From assembly GCF_006345805.1 (NCBI RefSeq), contig NC_042999.1:128464001-128528000 (forward strand): a stretch of DNA of 64,000 bases, given 5' to 3'. A program made the position numbers and the translations under genes. Numbering within the stretch: the first letter of the stretch is position 1; each line of letters opens with the position of its first letter. This DNA is from Octopus sinensis (Eukaryota). Below are positions 25,837 through 39,173 of the stretch, one piece after another. The notes beneath the pieces are model-generated. The model was given only the letters and a program-made list of their open reading frames with translations. It searched no databases and had not been told where the DNA came from.

Positions 25837-28555
25837 TATATGTAGCTATGCACTCCAATACTCCAACCATACATACACACATACCCACATGCACATACAC
25901 ACGTACACACACAATACACATATTTAGTGGTGTGAACATACTGTCTTAAAAGTCGTATATTTGGCACATATATATTTGGTATATTTGGTAGAGGTGTTGT
26001 ATTCTGTATCTTGTGAGTATTATCAGTAAATGTTAAAGACATTAGTTTTGTTTTGTTGGTTCGTATGTAAGCTAAACTTCCTTGTACACAACATATTTAA
26101 TTCTTCTCTTGTCTGTTATATGAAAATACACAAACATAAACAAGCTTTTGACATTCTGAAGAAGATCACATATGGCCAGTTGACCATGACTGAATACTGG
26201 CTTCAGTAAATATAATGCTATCATGCTGAAAATCAAAACATATCGAATGTTATATTTTGAAAACTTCCACATGCACTAAAAGAGAACAAAGACCGCATAG
26301 TTACATTACTGTTACTTGCAGAGACACACAATGTAATTGAGGACCTACCAAGCAAAGGAGGACAGAATTCCTGACATGACCTGGTGACATGCATTTTAGC
26401 TATGACCACTTAAAGTAGAAATGTCAAGTAATTGTGATTAATTTATTGTCATTGTGATTACTAATTTAATGTGAAACTTCTCTGGTTTGTGTAAATGGAT
26501 ACTTATCTCCCTTTAAAGATAGTAACAAACACAATTTTCTGCTGATGAGAGTAATAAGTTACAACTTCTACATTAATGACATTTATACCCTAATTCTTTG
26601 AATTATACAAACCACTTGCATGCTTGACTGTACATAGTAGAATGACTACAGCATCAATCTTCAAATTATTTTAATCAGTACAAGAGCAAGCTTAATATAT
26701 TTGGGTATTCAAATATTCTCTATGTAAATTCAGAAAATTCATCCTGAATTATACACTTACCAAGACCAAACAATATTACTTGAACTATTGAGAAATCAAT
26801 GTGTACATCTTTTGGCACTATAACAACCAACTCTGGCACAGCTGATATTCACCATTGATTACACCTCTTCCCACCGTTCATCATTCACCACACTCACCTC
26901 TATCCCCATTTATTACAAGCTGTCACTTTCCTTTCACACACTCATGTACTTACCCACTCAATATTCTTAATCCTTTGTCCCTATTCCCTCTTATATTCAT
27001 TTTCTTGTATCTTGAGGGTATGCTCTGACATCTCATCACCACCATTTTTTCTCTCTTTCCAGCAGAGGTATCGATGTACTTCATCTACCTCAAAACACCA
27101 CTTTCTGTTTATTATACTTTAGCACAAAGATGCTGCCCTCAATATTACACCTCCACTCAGTTGAGAGGTCTTGTCCTGTGAGTCACTTGGTGACCTCACT
27201 AGTGTTGGTGCCATAAAAAAAAAGCTACTCTGTACACTCTGTAAAGTGATAGACATTAAGGAGGACATCCAATTTTAGAAGCCTTGCCAAAGCTGATATT
27301 GGAGTTTTATATAGCCCTCTGCTTTTACAGGTCTTGTTGAACCACCCAACCCATACCAGCATGGAAGACACATTAAATGATGATGATAATGATGATGATG
27401 ACAACAACAAAAATAATGTTTTCAGCTTCCATATTAACAAAAACTGAGAAGTGAGACTGGCTACATATAATCACCACACATGCAACTCTATCTTACTATG
27501 CAATATACAACTTGGTCTTCTATTATTATACACTGTATCAAGATACACTTACATAAACTTATTGACCAAATTCCATCATAGATTATTCATTGAATAAAAG
27601 ATGCAGAAGCTGTCTGTAAACTTCCAAGGTTCTCATAAATGGCAATTTTATAAAAACCATTTATTAGAAGCACTGAGTTGTGAAATTCTTTATCTAACTG
27701 CACTTAAAAATGACGATAGTACCTATTGAAGATTTTAAACATCTGAATAAATTGTCTCAAATGCCAAAATAACTATATAGAAACAGGTTATATTTAATGT
27801 ACAACACAGTGATACTGAAATAAATATACATTTGGACTCATAGACAAGTACAGCCATTGCTGAAATACCAGTTTATTCTAAGTGCTAAAGATAATGACTA
27901 TCAGCAACACCTGAGCTGGAATTTAAAGTCAAACTTTTCTTGCACAACACTGCTTAAGACTCTCACCAAAAAAGCCAAGTTATCCAGAAACATGCAAGAG
28001 TAAAATCTCCAGCTTCATGATGAAGTAGATGTTATTTCACAATTTCTCTATCCTAAAGAGAGATGATCAAACAAAGACTTGCATGGTCTCTCTCACAGCA
28101 GTAAAATGGCTTCTGAGATCATCCATTCTTTGATATGTATTGTTTCTTGTCCTACAGGGGGTCCAACGAAAACTATATATATATCTGTGTGCATATACAT
28201 ACATTCAATATAATCATCATCATCATCATTATCATTATCATCATCATTTAACGTCCGTTTTCCATGCTGGCATGGGTTGGAAAGCTTGACAGGGAGCTGT
28301 CCAGCTGGGAAGCTATCCAGACTCCAGTTGTCTGTTTTGACATGGTTTCTACAGCTGGATGCCCTTCCTGATGCCAACCACTTTACTGAGTGTATTGGGT
28401 ACTTTTAACATGCCACCGGCATGGGTGCATTTATGCAGCACCAGCATGAGTGCATTTATTTGGGGCACCAGTGCCAGTAAAGGACAGCAATTTTACTTAG
28501 TTTGGTGTGTCTTCTCATCATCAAGTACAGTAAATCACCACAACTCCCATGTATG

Positions 28556-28599
<44 letters not shown>

Positions 28600-28710
28600 A
28601 TACACATATATAAATGTTTGTTTTTATGTTCAGCTATAATAAAAACAATTTTACATTAATCTGATGGTTTGCTGTATACTTTTGTAGAGTGCAAATTTAT
28701 TATTCTTTTA

Positions 28711-28874
28711 CAAGAATATTATTGGCAGTAACTTCGAAGTTTCAGCAGGCTAATTCCTCATCAAACTGAAATGCATTGGAGCTAGTCTTATCTCTATATA
28801 GTCACCGTATAGTCCTCAGTCCAATGATGGGTTAGCTAGCTGAAACTTTCAAGTTACTGTCAACAACATTCTTG
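28711..28874. repeat. 164-bp imperfect inverted repeat within each tandem unit (also 29271-29433, 29832-29994)
   Basis: caagaatattattggcagtaacttcgaagtttcagcaggctaa vs ttagctagctgaaactttcaagttactgtcaacaacattcttg. Confidence 0.85.
28726..28768 (-). ncRNA. Type I hammerhead ribozyme-like motif (also 29286-29328, 29847-29889)
   Basis: CAGU-UUGAUGA-GGAAUUAGCCUGCU-GAAA-CUUCGAAG-UU/ACUG: stem I CAGU:ACUG, palindromic stem III ACUUCGAAGU, GUU site; C3 is U and stem II is weak. Confidence 0.5.
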
Positions 28875-28904
28875 TATAACAATTACATAGATATATATTT
28901 TCCG

Positions 28905-29123
28905 TCCTTGTTTTGTATACATTTGAGGCTTTCTTCCAAGGAATCTAATGCGCTTCGCTTAGATTTTCCTTTGGGGCTGGCCAGATCAGAGCAATCTCAA
29001 GATTAATCAGCCGAAATTGTGAAGTTGATCCGGTTCTTGACTGAAGATTGAAGGCTTCGAATGTCCGTGTTTTTCGTATCGTCTTCTAAATGTATTGCGT
29101 TCCTGTCCCAGTTTGTATTTTTC

Positions 29124-29126
<3 letters not shown>
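28905..29126. mobile_element. Interspersed repeat 'family A' (possibly Penelope pLTR-derived); copies in each tandem unit, 41100-42000, 46110-46570
   Basis: Reverse complement aligns with 41619-41850 (tagattc.ttggaagaaag..aaatgtata..aaaacaagga.ggaaaa). Confidence 0.7.
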
Positions 29127-29159
<33 letters not shown>

Positions 29160-29682
29160 ATACACATATATAAATGTTTGTTTTTATGTTCAGCTATAAT
29201 AAAAACAATTTTACATTAATCTGATGGTTTGCTGTATACTTTTGTAGAGTGCAAATTTATTATTCTTTTACAAGAATATTATTGGCAGTAACTTCGAAGT
29301 TTCAGCAGGCTAATTCTTCATCAAACTGAAATGCATTGGAGCTAGTCTTATCTCTATATAGTCACCGTATAGTCCTCAGTCCAATGATGGTTAGCTAGCT
29401 GAAACTTTCAAGTTACTGTCAACAACATTCTTGTATAACAATTACATAGATATATATTTTCCGTCCTTGTTTTGTATACATTTGAGGCTTTCTTCCAAGG
29501 AATCTAATGCGCTTCGCTTAGATTTTCCTTTGGGGCTGGCCAGATCAGAGCAATCTCAAGATTAATCAGCCGAAATTGTGAAGTTGATCCGGTTCTTGAC
29601 TGAAGATTGAAGGCTTCGAATGTCCGTGTTTTTCGTATCGTCTTCTAAATGTATTGCGTTCCTGTCCCAGTTTGTATTTTTC

Positions 29683-29720
<38 letters not shown>

Positions 29721-30243
29721 ATACACATATATAAATGTTTGTTTTTATGTTCAGCTATAATAAAAACAATTTTACATTAATCTGATGGTTTGCTGTATAC
29801 TTTTGTAGAGTGCAAATTTATTATTCTTTTACAAGAATATTATTGGCAGTAACTTCGAAGTTTCAGCAGGCTAATTCTTCATCAAACTGAAATGCATTGG
29901 AGCTAGTCTTATCTCTATATAGTCACCGTATAGTCCTCAGTCCAATGATGGTTAGCTAGCTGAAACTTTCAAGTTACTGTCAACAACATTCTTGTATAAC
30001 AATTACATAGATATATATTTTCCGTCCTTGTTTTGTATACATTTGAGGCTTTCTTCCAAGGAATCTAATGCGCTTCGCTTAGATTTTCCTTTGGGGCTGG
30101 CCAGATCAGAGCAATCTCAAGATTAATCAGCCGAAATTGTGAAGTTGATCCGGTTCTTGACTGAAGATTGAAGGCTTCGAATGTCCGTGTTTTTCGTATC
30201 GTCTTCTAAATGTATTGCGTTCCTGTCCCAGTTTGTATTTTTC

Positions 30244-30405
<162 letters not shown>

Positions 30406-33400
30406 TATATATCCACACACACACACATGCAAATCAGAAATGGAATGTAAAATACTAAAATAAAACGAAGTGGAGTGTTTGAGGCACTGCTTCAGTGTGG
30501 TCAGGTCTTAGAATGTATCTACTAAAAATCTTAGGAACTAAGTATCCATACATATGAACCAACTCATTTGTGTATACTTATACATATACACACATACAGA
30601 CACACATATATACTTAAATCAAGTCAAAATAGTTCAAATGAAAAAAACAAACTTCCAAAAATTTGAATTATCAACATTTTACGATTCTCCCAGCTACTTA
30701 GCTCATGCAATTTCAAACTTTATGACCCTCAGTTTCTCATATATATCCTTATCCAGAATCTTTCCTGTCAAAATCAATATATTTCATCAGCATCCTTCTC
30801 ATATTATAACCAAATATGTTGCCTATAATAAAATGGAATTTTTAATAATAATAAACCTTAAATGATAAGATTTTCTTAAAATCAAAGCAAACAGCTCTTT
30901 CATCAAACCATATTTGATTCTAAGAATCCTCCATGCTAAACTCCATTTTTTCTCAATATCCCATTTTTTATTTATTCATTTATTTTTATTTTTATTTCAA
31001 TTTTAATTTTATTTTTATTTATTTATTTTTTGTATTATCAAAAATCTTTTGCTAAGTACAAAAATTATCATATCATTGACCTACATTTTCTTTTAGGTTT
31101 TCAGCATGCATATCAACAAAAATTAGCAAGGAGACTGCATTTGTAACTTGCAAAAAAACAACAGCTAAATCTCTGTTAAGCTTCACTTAACCGTCTTTCA
31201 AAGGGAAGGATGCATTAGCTAATGTAACCATAGATACCACTGTCTGAAAAAAATGATTGGATGATTCTGGTGGAAATATCTTAGATAATACAACTGCTCT
31301 GTCAGACTTAACATAAAGCTGAAAAATAATTACAAAGATATACATTACTCTCTTTGAAATTTGTAATGTTAAATATAATTACTTAAGCAATCTCCTCTGC
31401 ATCCTTTGTAGTTATCTTTTTATTGATCTTCAATATATCTATATTGGTATTCAAACTAAAACTTCTAGATTCCACAGTACTTTATGAATTACAACCACAA
31501 ATAACATGCCTTACATTGTTTTCCCATTTTTTAAAAAGTTTGTTTGATGCTTTTGTTTACTTTAAAGTCCAGTAAATATTTCATGATAAAAAGACTAAAA
31601 TAATTATGTTAGTGAATGCATGCCTCTTTTTTTTTTTTTCTCCACTAAAACCATAGTGTAATTTTACTTAGGTATTTTGCCTCTGCAAAATGATTTATTC
31701 ATCATGTAAAAGAGATAGTTTCAAATAACATGCCATTATTTTGTGGTGGAAGCTAACAAAGTTCACATAAATACATTCATTATGGCAGTCTTAGCAGTTT
31801 TACCTGACAGTCAATGTTATGAACCATTTTACAGAATTGCATGAATTACTAAAAGCAACGCCATTAAGAAAATGATATGTAATTCCTGGCAGTATTTATT
31901 TTCGATCTTTGGCTATTTGTGTCAATAGTTAGTCTTTGGTAAAAATAATTACATTTTAGAAAAGAAATAATCACATTTTAGAAAATACCTGTTTGAAAGA
32001 ATCTTGATTCATCTTTCATTTTCTACTGCAAATCTGTCCACTCATTGGTCAGTTCAACTGTTTACCATTTTATGTTACTGATCAAGCAGCTTATAGCTTC
32101 TTTCAGAGCTGATGTAATCTTTATTGATTCAACAGCTTTTTCTATCTCAGATTATAAACAGATGGCCTATTATTCAAAAGTGTATGTACAAATTCAAATG
32201 AGCAGCTCAAGCAACACATTAAGATTTATGAAAAGTTGCATTAAAAGTAGATAATTCCAACTATGGTGAATATATTAATAACTATTCGACTTTCTATGAT
32301 ATTCATTTTAAGAATTACAAAGAAATTAATCCTTTCTTTTGTCCAACTTAAGTAGTAATAGATTCTTCCTTGTGTAACAGTTTGTGTCCATTAGGATTTC
32401 ATCTTTGAAATTCTTTGATAATCCCTTACTAATATTAGTTATTATTGTGCTAAAAAACATTTTTAATGTTATAAAACTAAATTTTGAAATTTCTGGATAT
32501 CCTAAATAATAAAAAAAATAAACTTCAGATTACAATTCCGTGGTTTCAGTTTGAAGATTAGCTCAATCAAAACAAAGTGTCATGACTATCAAATTACATA
32601 GAGTGACATTAGAAAACAAAAATAATGTTTTAAGAGGTAATATTTATCCCTACTTAAATGTGAATATTCTATTAGAACAAACTATACTGCCGTAGATACT
32701 ATAAGAGAAACTCTCTTACTGGCTTATTCTTGTCAACGATGGACACTCTCATGGGCCCAGGAACAGGGGGTGTAGAGGGTGCATGTGCACCTCCTAAAAT
32801 TTTCGTTGGGTGCAAAATCAACATTTGCATCCCTACTTACTTTCCTGAGGTTTAGAAAGCAGTGCGTAAAAAGAGATCTATAAAAAGTAGCTTGAAGTTA
32901 GGTTTCTTCTCAAAGAACAAAGAACAAAAATGGATAAATAAAAACAATAAAAACTTGTTTGTAAAAACTTTGGACCTGGGTTTGCACCCCCAAAGCAAAT
33001 CTCATTCCAGAGCCAGTGAACACTCTACTGTTAGAGGTAGTGGTTGAGCGTCTATCATTGACAAGACCAAGGATGGTCAAAACCACATGATCTCCATACT
33101 GGAGATGGCAGGGATTTATATGCCCGCTAACAGTATAAACAAGAGTGCATTTTGCTCCATAAACCAAAATAAGAGTTTTTCTCATGGTACCTATCACAGT
33201 ATAGTTTTTTCTAACAGAACATTCACAAGTGAGGATAGATATTACATTTTGGTATTCATACTGCCTCTGCTGATTATGTATAATAATGTAACAAATGTAT
33301 TGCATTGAAATTCAATGCGTTTTGTGATTTCTCTAAATACACTGTTAATAATACTGTCTCCAAGAATATCATTGTTTCATGTTTGGCAATAGATTACAAA

Positions 33401-33714
33401 GAATACCTAACTGCAAGGAAGTAATTGGCATTTTATATTTGGAAATACATTTCTTGGAATATATAAGTGGAGATGTTTCAATGCCATGTATCATATTATT
33501 AAATGTTTTTCAAGGATAAGTGAGAATGATAAGAACAGCTTGAATGAATGGACCAACTAACAGCATCTGCTTGTAGACCAAGGAATACAACTAAGAATAG
33601 ACACATACACTCAATAGTCAGAGTAATTGTGGATCTGTAGGGTCTCTTAATTATCCTTTGATGATGGTCCTTGTTTTGTTACATGTCCCTGTAATGAACC
33701 CTTATCTATTACCC

Positions 33715-34800
33715 CTGTGGTTATAATAAAGATTACTGGTGGATTGACGGAACCATTAGAGAGACAAAAAATTTGCTTTGCAGTATTTCTTCTGTTTCTT
33801 TATATTCTGCATTTAAATTTTAATGAGTCCAACTCTGCCTTTTATCCTTCTGAGGCTGATAAAATGAAATATCAGTCAAGTGCTGGGATCGATGTAATTG
33901 ACTAAACCCGTCCCCACAAAATTGTTGGTTTGTACTTATAAGAAGCAATTATATTTGGAATAATCATTAGAACATCAAAATGCCTAGTGGTATTTGTTTT
34001 GATTCTTTATATTCTGAGTTCAAATCTTGCAGAGATCAACATTGCTTTTCATCCTTTCAGGGTCAATAAATAAAGTACCAGTCAAGTATTTTAATCTGAA
34101 AGTTGATTTACAAAATGACTGAAAGATATCATTCTTTCTTGACATTAGCCAACTACAGGATTTCAAACCAAGGTGGCGAGCTGGCAGAAATGTTAGCAAG
34201 CCAGCTGAAATGCTTAGCAGTATTTTGTCTGCCTTTACGTTCTGAGTTCAATTCTGCTGGGGTCAATAAATTAAGTACCAGTTGCATACTGGGGTCAATC
34301 TAATTGATTGGCCCCTTCCCCCCAAATTTTGGGCCTTGTGCTTAGAGTAGGAAAGAATACTGATTCAAAATTTTGGTGCAAGGTCAGCAATTTTGGTGGT
34401 GGAAGTAAGTTGCTCAGCTGGTACTCATTTTATTAACCGAAAAAGGTTGAAAGGTGAGGTCAACTATGGTGGAATTTGATCTCAGAATGTAAAGATGGAT
34501 GAAATGCCTCTAAGCATTTGCCTGGTGTTCTAATGATTCTGCCATCTCAGCACCCTAGGACTCCCATTAATATTAGTTACAGACCTAAAACAGTAAGCGG
34601 GTAGAATTGTTAGCAACACCAGCCAAAATGCTTAGTGGCATTTCATCTGCATGTACATTCTGAGTTCAAATTCCACCAAGGTCCACTTTGCCTTTCATTC
34701 TTTTGGGGTCGATAAAATAGATACCAGTTGAACACTGGGGTTGATGTAATCAACCAGACCTTGCCCTGAAATTGCTGACCCTGTGCCAAAATTTGAAATT
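33715..34800. mobile_element. Cluster of about five degenerate copies of one tRNA-derived SINE family
   Basis: Repeated ttctgagttcaaattc...gcctttcatcctttc.gggtc.ataaa..aagtaccag; best copy 34172-34350. Confidence 0.75.
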
Positions 34801-35922
34801 AATATCAATTGCAGACTTATACTCCTATTTTCATCCACCTTCCCCACCAAACCAAGATTTACCACTGACCATACCCTTTACTCGTGTCCACCCTTCATTG
34901 CAATCATTTGTATCCCCATCTCTAATCATCTGTTACTATCCTTTCATACTCTTGAGAACCTTCCCATCCATCCATCTTTAATCCTCTGTCTCTATCTTTT
35001 CTCTGTCCACCTTCTTGTACCTTGAGACAGTGCTGGATTAACCATTAAGGAAAATGAGCATGTGCTTAGGATATCAAAGAAAGGAAGGCACTACAGAAAT
35101 GGCAGATGGTTTATTGCACAAAAGAAATCATTTAAACTTGCTAAAATATTTGGGATGCCCTATCACTACAAAGTATAGAAACAGATGTTACATAAGATTA
35201 ATTTTGAGGATCTGAACAAAGGCTGCAATTAAAAAGGTAGGAGAAAACTTTTCAAATATAAATAGGCTGGAAGTATAAAAAAGAAAGGAACCTTATTTTC
35301 TATCTTACTGTTAGTTTTGTTTTGTTTTTAAAAATAAAAATTTATTTTATTATTTATTATTGTGTTTATTTTGAATTATCTGTACATATGGGAGCACCAA
35401 AATGTTGTAAGTGTTTAGGGCTTCTATAGATCTTAATCTGGCTCTGTTTTGAGGGTTGATCATATCACTTCACCACCATCATCTTTTCACCTTTGCTAAC
35501 TGGAGCAGCCATGCAGGTGCTCTATAGCAAGACACCTGTTCCTGTCCCTCTATCCATCATACTTCAGCCTTGCAAAACCTGGCACAGGGCTACATCCCTT
35601 AATTTTATACCTCTACTTCAACTGAGGGGGTCTTGTCTTGTGAGTTACTTGGTAATCTCACTAGTGCCTGAACTATCGTGAAAAAAGCACCCAGTACACT
35701 CTGTAAATGGGGTTGGCGTTAGAAAGAGCATTCTGCTATAGAAATCATTCCAAAACAGACATCAGAGCTTAACACAGTCTTCTAGTTCATTGAATCTTGT
35801 CAAACAGTCCAACCCATGCCAGCATGGAAGATGGATGTTGAATGATGAAGATGATGATGAGAGGAGGAGGAGGACAGCAATGATGATGATGATGATGATG
35901 ATACACTGATAGCACTTGCTTT

Positions 35923-35957
<35 letters not shown>

Positions 35958-36499
35958 TACTGCTAATATAACACATACACCAATACTATTTATATCACAC
36001 GTGAACCTAAACAACTAATACTACACATACCAAACTACTAATTATACACATACCCACACATACACACCAACCAATATTACTAATGATATACTCGCTTCAA
36101 TACTACTAATAATATATCCGTACCAATATTATTCACACTACACAGACATAACAATTTTATTGATACTACACACATATATAGAGAGGCTTTTTACTAGCAA
36201 ACAAGACTTTAGAACATTTAGTACATATAAGAGAATAAACAAGACAGAATTAAAAAAAATCAATTCAATTTGGTTTACAAATAGAAAATCATTTAGCAAA
36301 TATTTGATTTTAGTATTTTTAAAAACAGAGTTTATAAATATATGTGCAGTGTATACGAAATATGCATGTGTATAAAAACAAATGTTGTGCATAGACCACA
36401 TCAGACAGCAACAGAAATATAAATAGGTGGGGGAGGGGTCACACAAATTAAGCTCTACTATTAACCGGTCAAGTAGCCATACCAACATTTGCTAGTCAG

Positions 36500-36605
36500 T
36501 CAATCCAGTCACTTACTCACCCACTCACTCGCTCACTCAATCACTCACTCAATCAGTTACTCAATTACTCACGCATTTCACTCATTCACTCACTTAATCA
36601 CTCCC
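36500..36605. repeat. Degenerate (CACT)n repeat
   Basis: Direct reading; lies just upstream of the candidate exon. Confidence 0.85.
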
Positions 36606-36607
36606 AG

Positions 36608-36779
36608 TTTTAACGTCAAGTGCTTCAACAATGGGTTCTGCTGAATGTATGGATTGTGATGAGCTAGCAGCTATTCAGTTAGCTACTGGTGAAAAATTCT
36701 CACAAAATTTCTATGCAGCCAATGACAGTGTCGATACTCTACTGCGTCATATCCGTTTTGGTAAACGTCAGTTGACTAC
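36608..36779 (+). CDS. Candidate coding exon of an unidentified gene
   Basis: ctcccag acceptor, AC|GTAAGA donor (alternative G|GTAAAC at 36760), non-repetitive open frame LTSSASTMGSAECMDCDELAAIQLATGEKFSQNFYAANDSVDTLLRHIRFGKRQLT; other two plus frames closed. Confidence 0.45.
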
Positions 36780-37090
36780 GTAAGAAACGATACAGTAGTA
36801 CCTGAATTTTAGTTCAAAAATGGTAACAAAAAGAAATAGCAAATGATAAGGAAGATGATGATGGTCTGTTAGAGTTTGTGGAGAAAAATCTATTTATGTG
36901 TGCGTCAGTGTGTGTGTGTATGTGTGTGAGTATATAATGTATGTGTGTGCATGTGTGTTTGCATGTAATGTATGTGTGTGTATATGTGTGTATATGTAAA
37001 TAGGATTGTTTGTTGTAAATACAATAGTAGTAAATTTTACTGACTTGAATAACTTAGATACACACACACATATATATGTTTGTATGTATG

Positions 37091-37146
<56 letters not shown>

Positions 37147-37238
37147 TATATATGCAGCTTTATGTATATGTATGTTTGTCCAGACATATATATACACACA
37201 CATTTATATATAGTTGCATAGTATATTCTGGGTTATAG

Positions 37239-37302
<64 letters not shown>

Positions 37303-37317
37303 TATAGATATATATAT

Positions 37318-37795
37318 CATCATCATCATCATCATCATCGTTTAACGTCCGCTTTCCATGCTACCATGGGTTGGACAGTTCAACTGGAGTCTGGGAAGCC
37401 CGAAGGCTGCACCAGGCCAGTCAGATCTGGCGGTGTTTCTACAGCAGGATGCCCTTCCTAACGCCAACCACTCCGTGAGTGTAGTGGGTGCTTTTTATGT
37501 GCCACTGACACAGGTGCCAGACGAGGCTGGCGAACAGCCACGCTCGGATGGTGTTTTTTTACGTGCCACCGGCACAGAGGCCAGGCGAGGCTGGCACAGC
37601 CACGATCGTATGGTGTTTGTTACGTGCCACCAGCATGGAGGCCAGTCGATGCTGTGCTGGCTATGGCCACATTCGGAAGGTTCTCTAATGTGCCATCGGC
37701 ACTGGTACCACAAACTACAAATTCCATTGATGTGGATCGATTTCGATTTTTATTTGATTCTTTGATTTTGATTTTCACTTGCCTCAACAGGTCTT
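37318..37795 (-). mobile_element. RTE LINE 3' UTR/tail
   Basis: Reverse complement of the 47160-47745 type, (GAT)n tail. Confidence 0.85.
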
Positions 37796-37814
37796 CAATA
37801 TATACAAATGTGTA

Positions 37815-37847
<33 letters not shown>

Positions 37848-37859
37848 TTGTGTGTGGGT

Positions 37860-38012
37860 GAAGGCATGGCTGTGTAGTTGAGAATTTTACTTCCAAACCT
37901 GGTTTCAGGTTCAGTACCATTGTGTGGCATCTTGAGCAAGTGTCTTCTATAGCTTAGGGCTGGTCAAAGGTTTGTGAGTGGATTTAGACAGAAAATGAAA
38001 GAAGCCTGTTGT
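37860..38012 (+). mobile_element. tRNA-derived SINE (OK-like)
   Basis: Similar to 8976-9133. Confidence 0.75.
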
Positions 38013-38474
38013 GCATACACACACACACACACACAAACAAACTCGTGTGTGTGTGAATTTATATATGTATATGTTTGTGCTTGAATGTGTGTGTGTTAGT
38101 ATCACCTTGGCTTGACAGTGTATGTAGTTGTTGTAAATGAGCATCACTATCATTTTAGCAATATTCTCTGTTTTCAATTCTCTGTGAAAACATATCCAGC
38201 CAGGAAGAAATATTATCTTACCTGGAAATAAGTGAAGGTGAGTGTTGGCAACAAGAAGGGAATTCAACAATAGAAAACTTGCCTCAAGGAGTCCCATCTA
38301 ATCCAGTGCAAGCATAGAAAAGTGGACTGTAAAATGATGATGATGATGACGATGATTTATACAGGGTGTTTTGGCTTATTTTGACAGTTTTCATAAAAGG
38401 AAAAGAAAACACAATATCTTCTTCAGAAATAAATGTATCTTTAAAAAAATCAAAAACTATCAACTACACTTTGG

Positions 38475-38645
38475 CTGGGAGATAACTGTTTGCTTAATCC
38501 TTTTGTAACTGTATTTCTGTTGAAAAATACTGCTTCTCCTTCAATTAATTTTTTAAAATACCAAAGAATTTAAGTAAAATAACATTATCATTATAAAGCT
38601 GGTGTTTGGAGCATAAATTAACATGAAATTTTGATGGAAAAGGTC
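38475..38645. mobile_element. Second TTAA/CCC-ended MITE family fragment; related copy at 50660-50870 in the opposite orientation
   Basis: ttaatccttttgtaactgtatttctgttgaaa.. and ttaacccttttg termini, shared internal sequence. Confidence 0.55.
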
Positions 38646-38714
38646 ACTTTAAAGCATGAAGCATATTCATAAAAACAAGAGTGGCCTCAGGCAGGTTGAT
38701 ATCAAATGGGTTAA

Positions 38715-38906
38715 AGTAGCTGTCCTCAGCATCCACCACAACATCAAAACAGCTCTGGAACTTGGCACATACATTTCTCATTGTGTCCTTGGGAAAATCA
38801 TCAGACATCTCCTTGATTTTGGTCACCATTTCAACCTTGGAGTTTGCAGGTAGAGAGGCTGGTGTCTTTGTCAACCACGTTCCACACATAGTATTCAATG
38901 GGATCA
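38715..38906 (-). mobile_element. Tc1/mariner (maT-like) transposase C-terminal fragment
   Basis: KVEMVTKIKEMSDDFPKDTMRNVCAKFQSCFDVVVDAEDSYF. Confidence 0.65.
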
Positions 38907-39173
38907 ATGATGATGATGATGATGATGACTATGATATACATATATGCATACATGTGTGCACACATGAACACACACAGTCACACATACATATATATGTATG
39001 CCCCATGGGCAGCCTTCAACTTTTTCCATCCGAAAGAGTTTTTACCCAATATTTATATGCTAGTATTTATAGCTTTGTATATGTTTTAAGACAAATACCC
39101 ACAAAAAGATTTATTTCATGTTCTCTTGAAAGTTCATAAAATTCTTTTGATCTCAGCAATATATATATATTAA

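Larger units (their letters stand above)
28596..30246. repeat. Three near-identical tandem units of ~560 bp separated by (TA)n
   Basis: Unit starts at 28596, 29156, 29717; only two differences seen outside TA runs (taattcctca vs taattcttca; gatgggttag vs gatggttag). Confidence 0.97.

Noticed and set aside
26760-26840. Minus-strand GTAAGT donor with QVILFGL frame
   Set aside because: Either a 24-nt microexon or an exon lacking a pyrimidine tract; insufficient support
28596-30246. CRISPR-like array
   Set aside because: Whole ~560-bp units are identical; no short repeats with unique spacers; eukaryotic context
32910-33305. 131-aa minus-strand ORF in unique sequence
   Set aside because: No recognisable motif or clear splice borders; the opposite strand is also open in part
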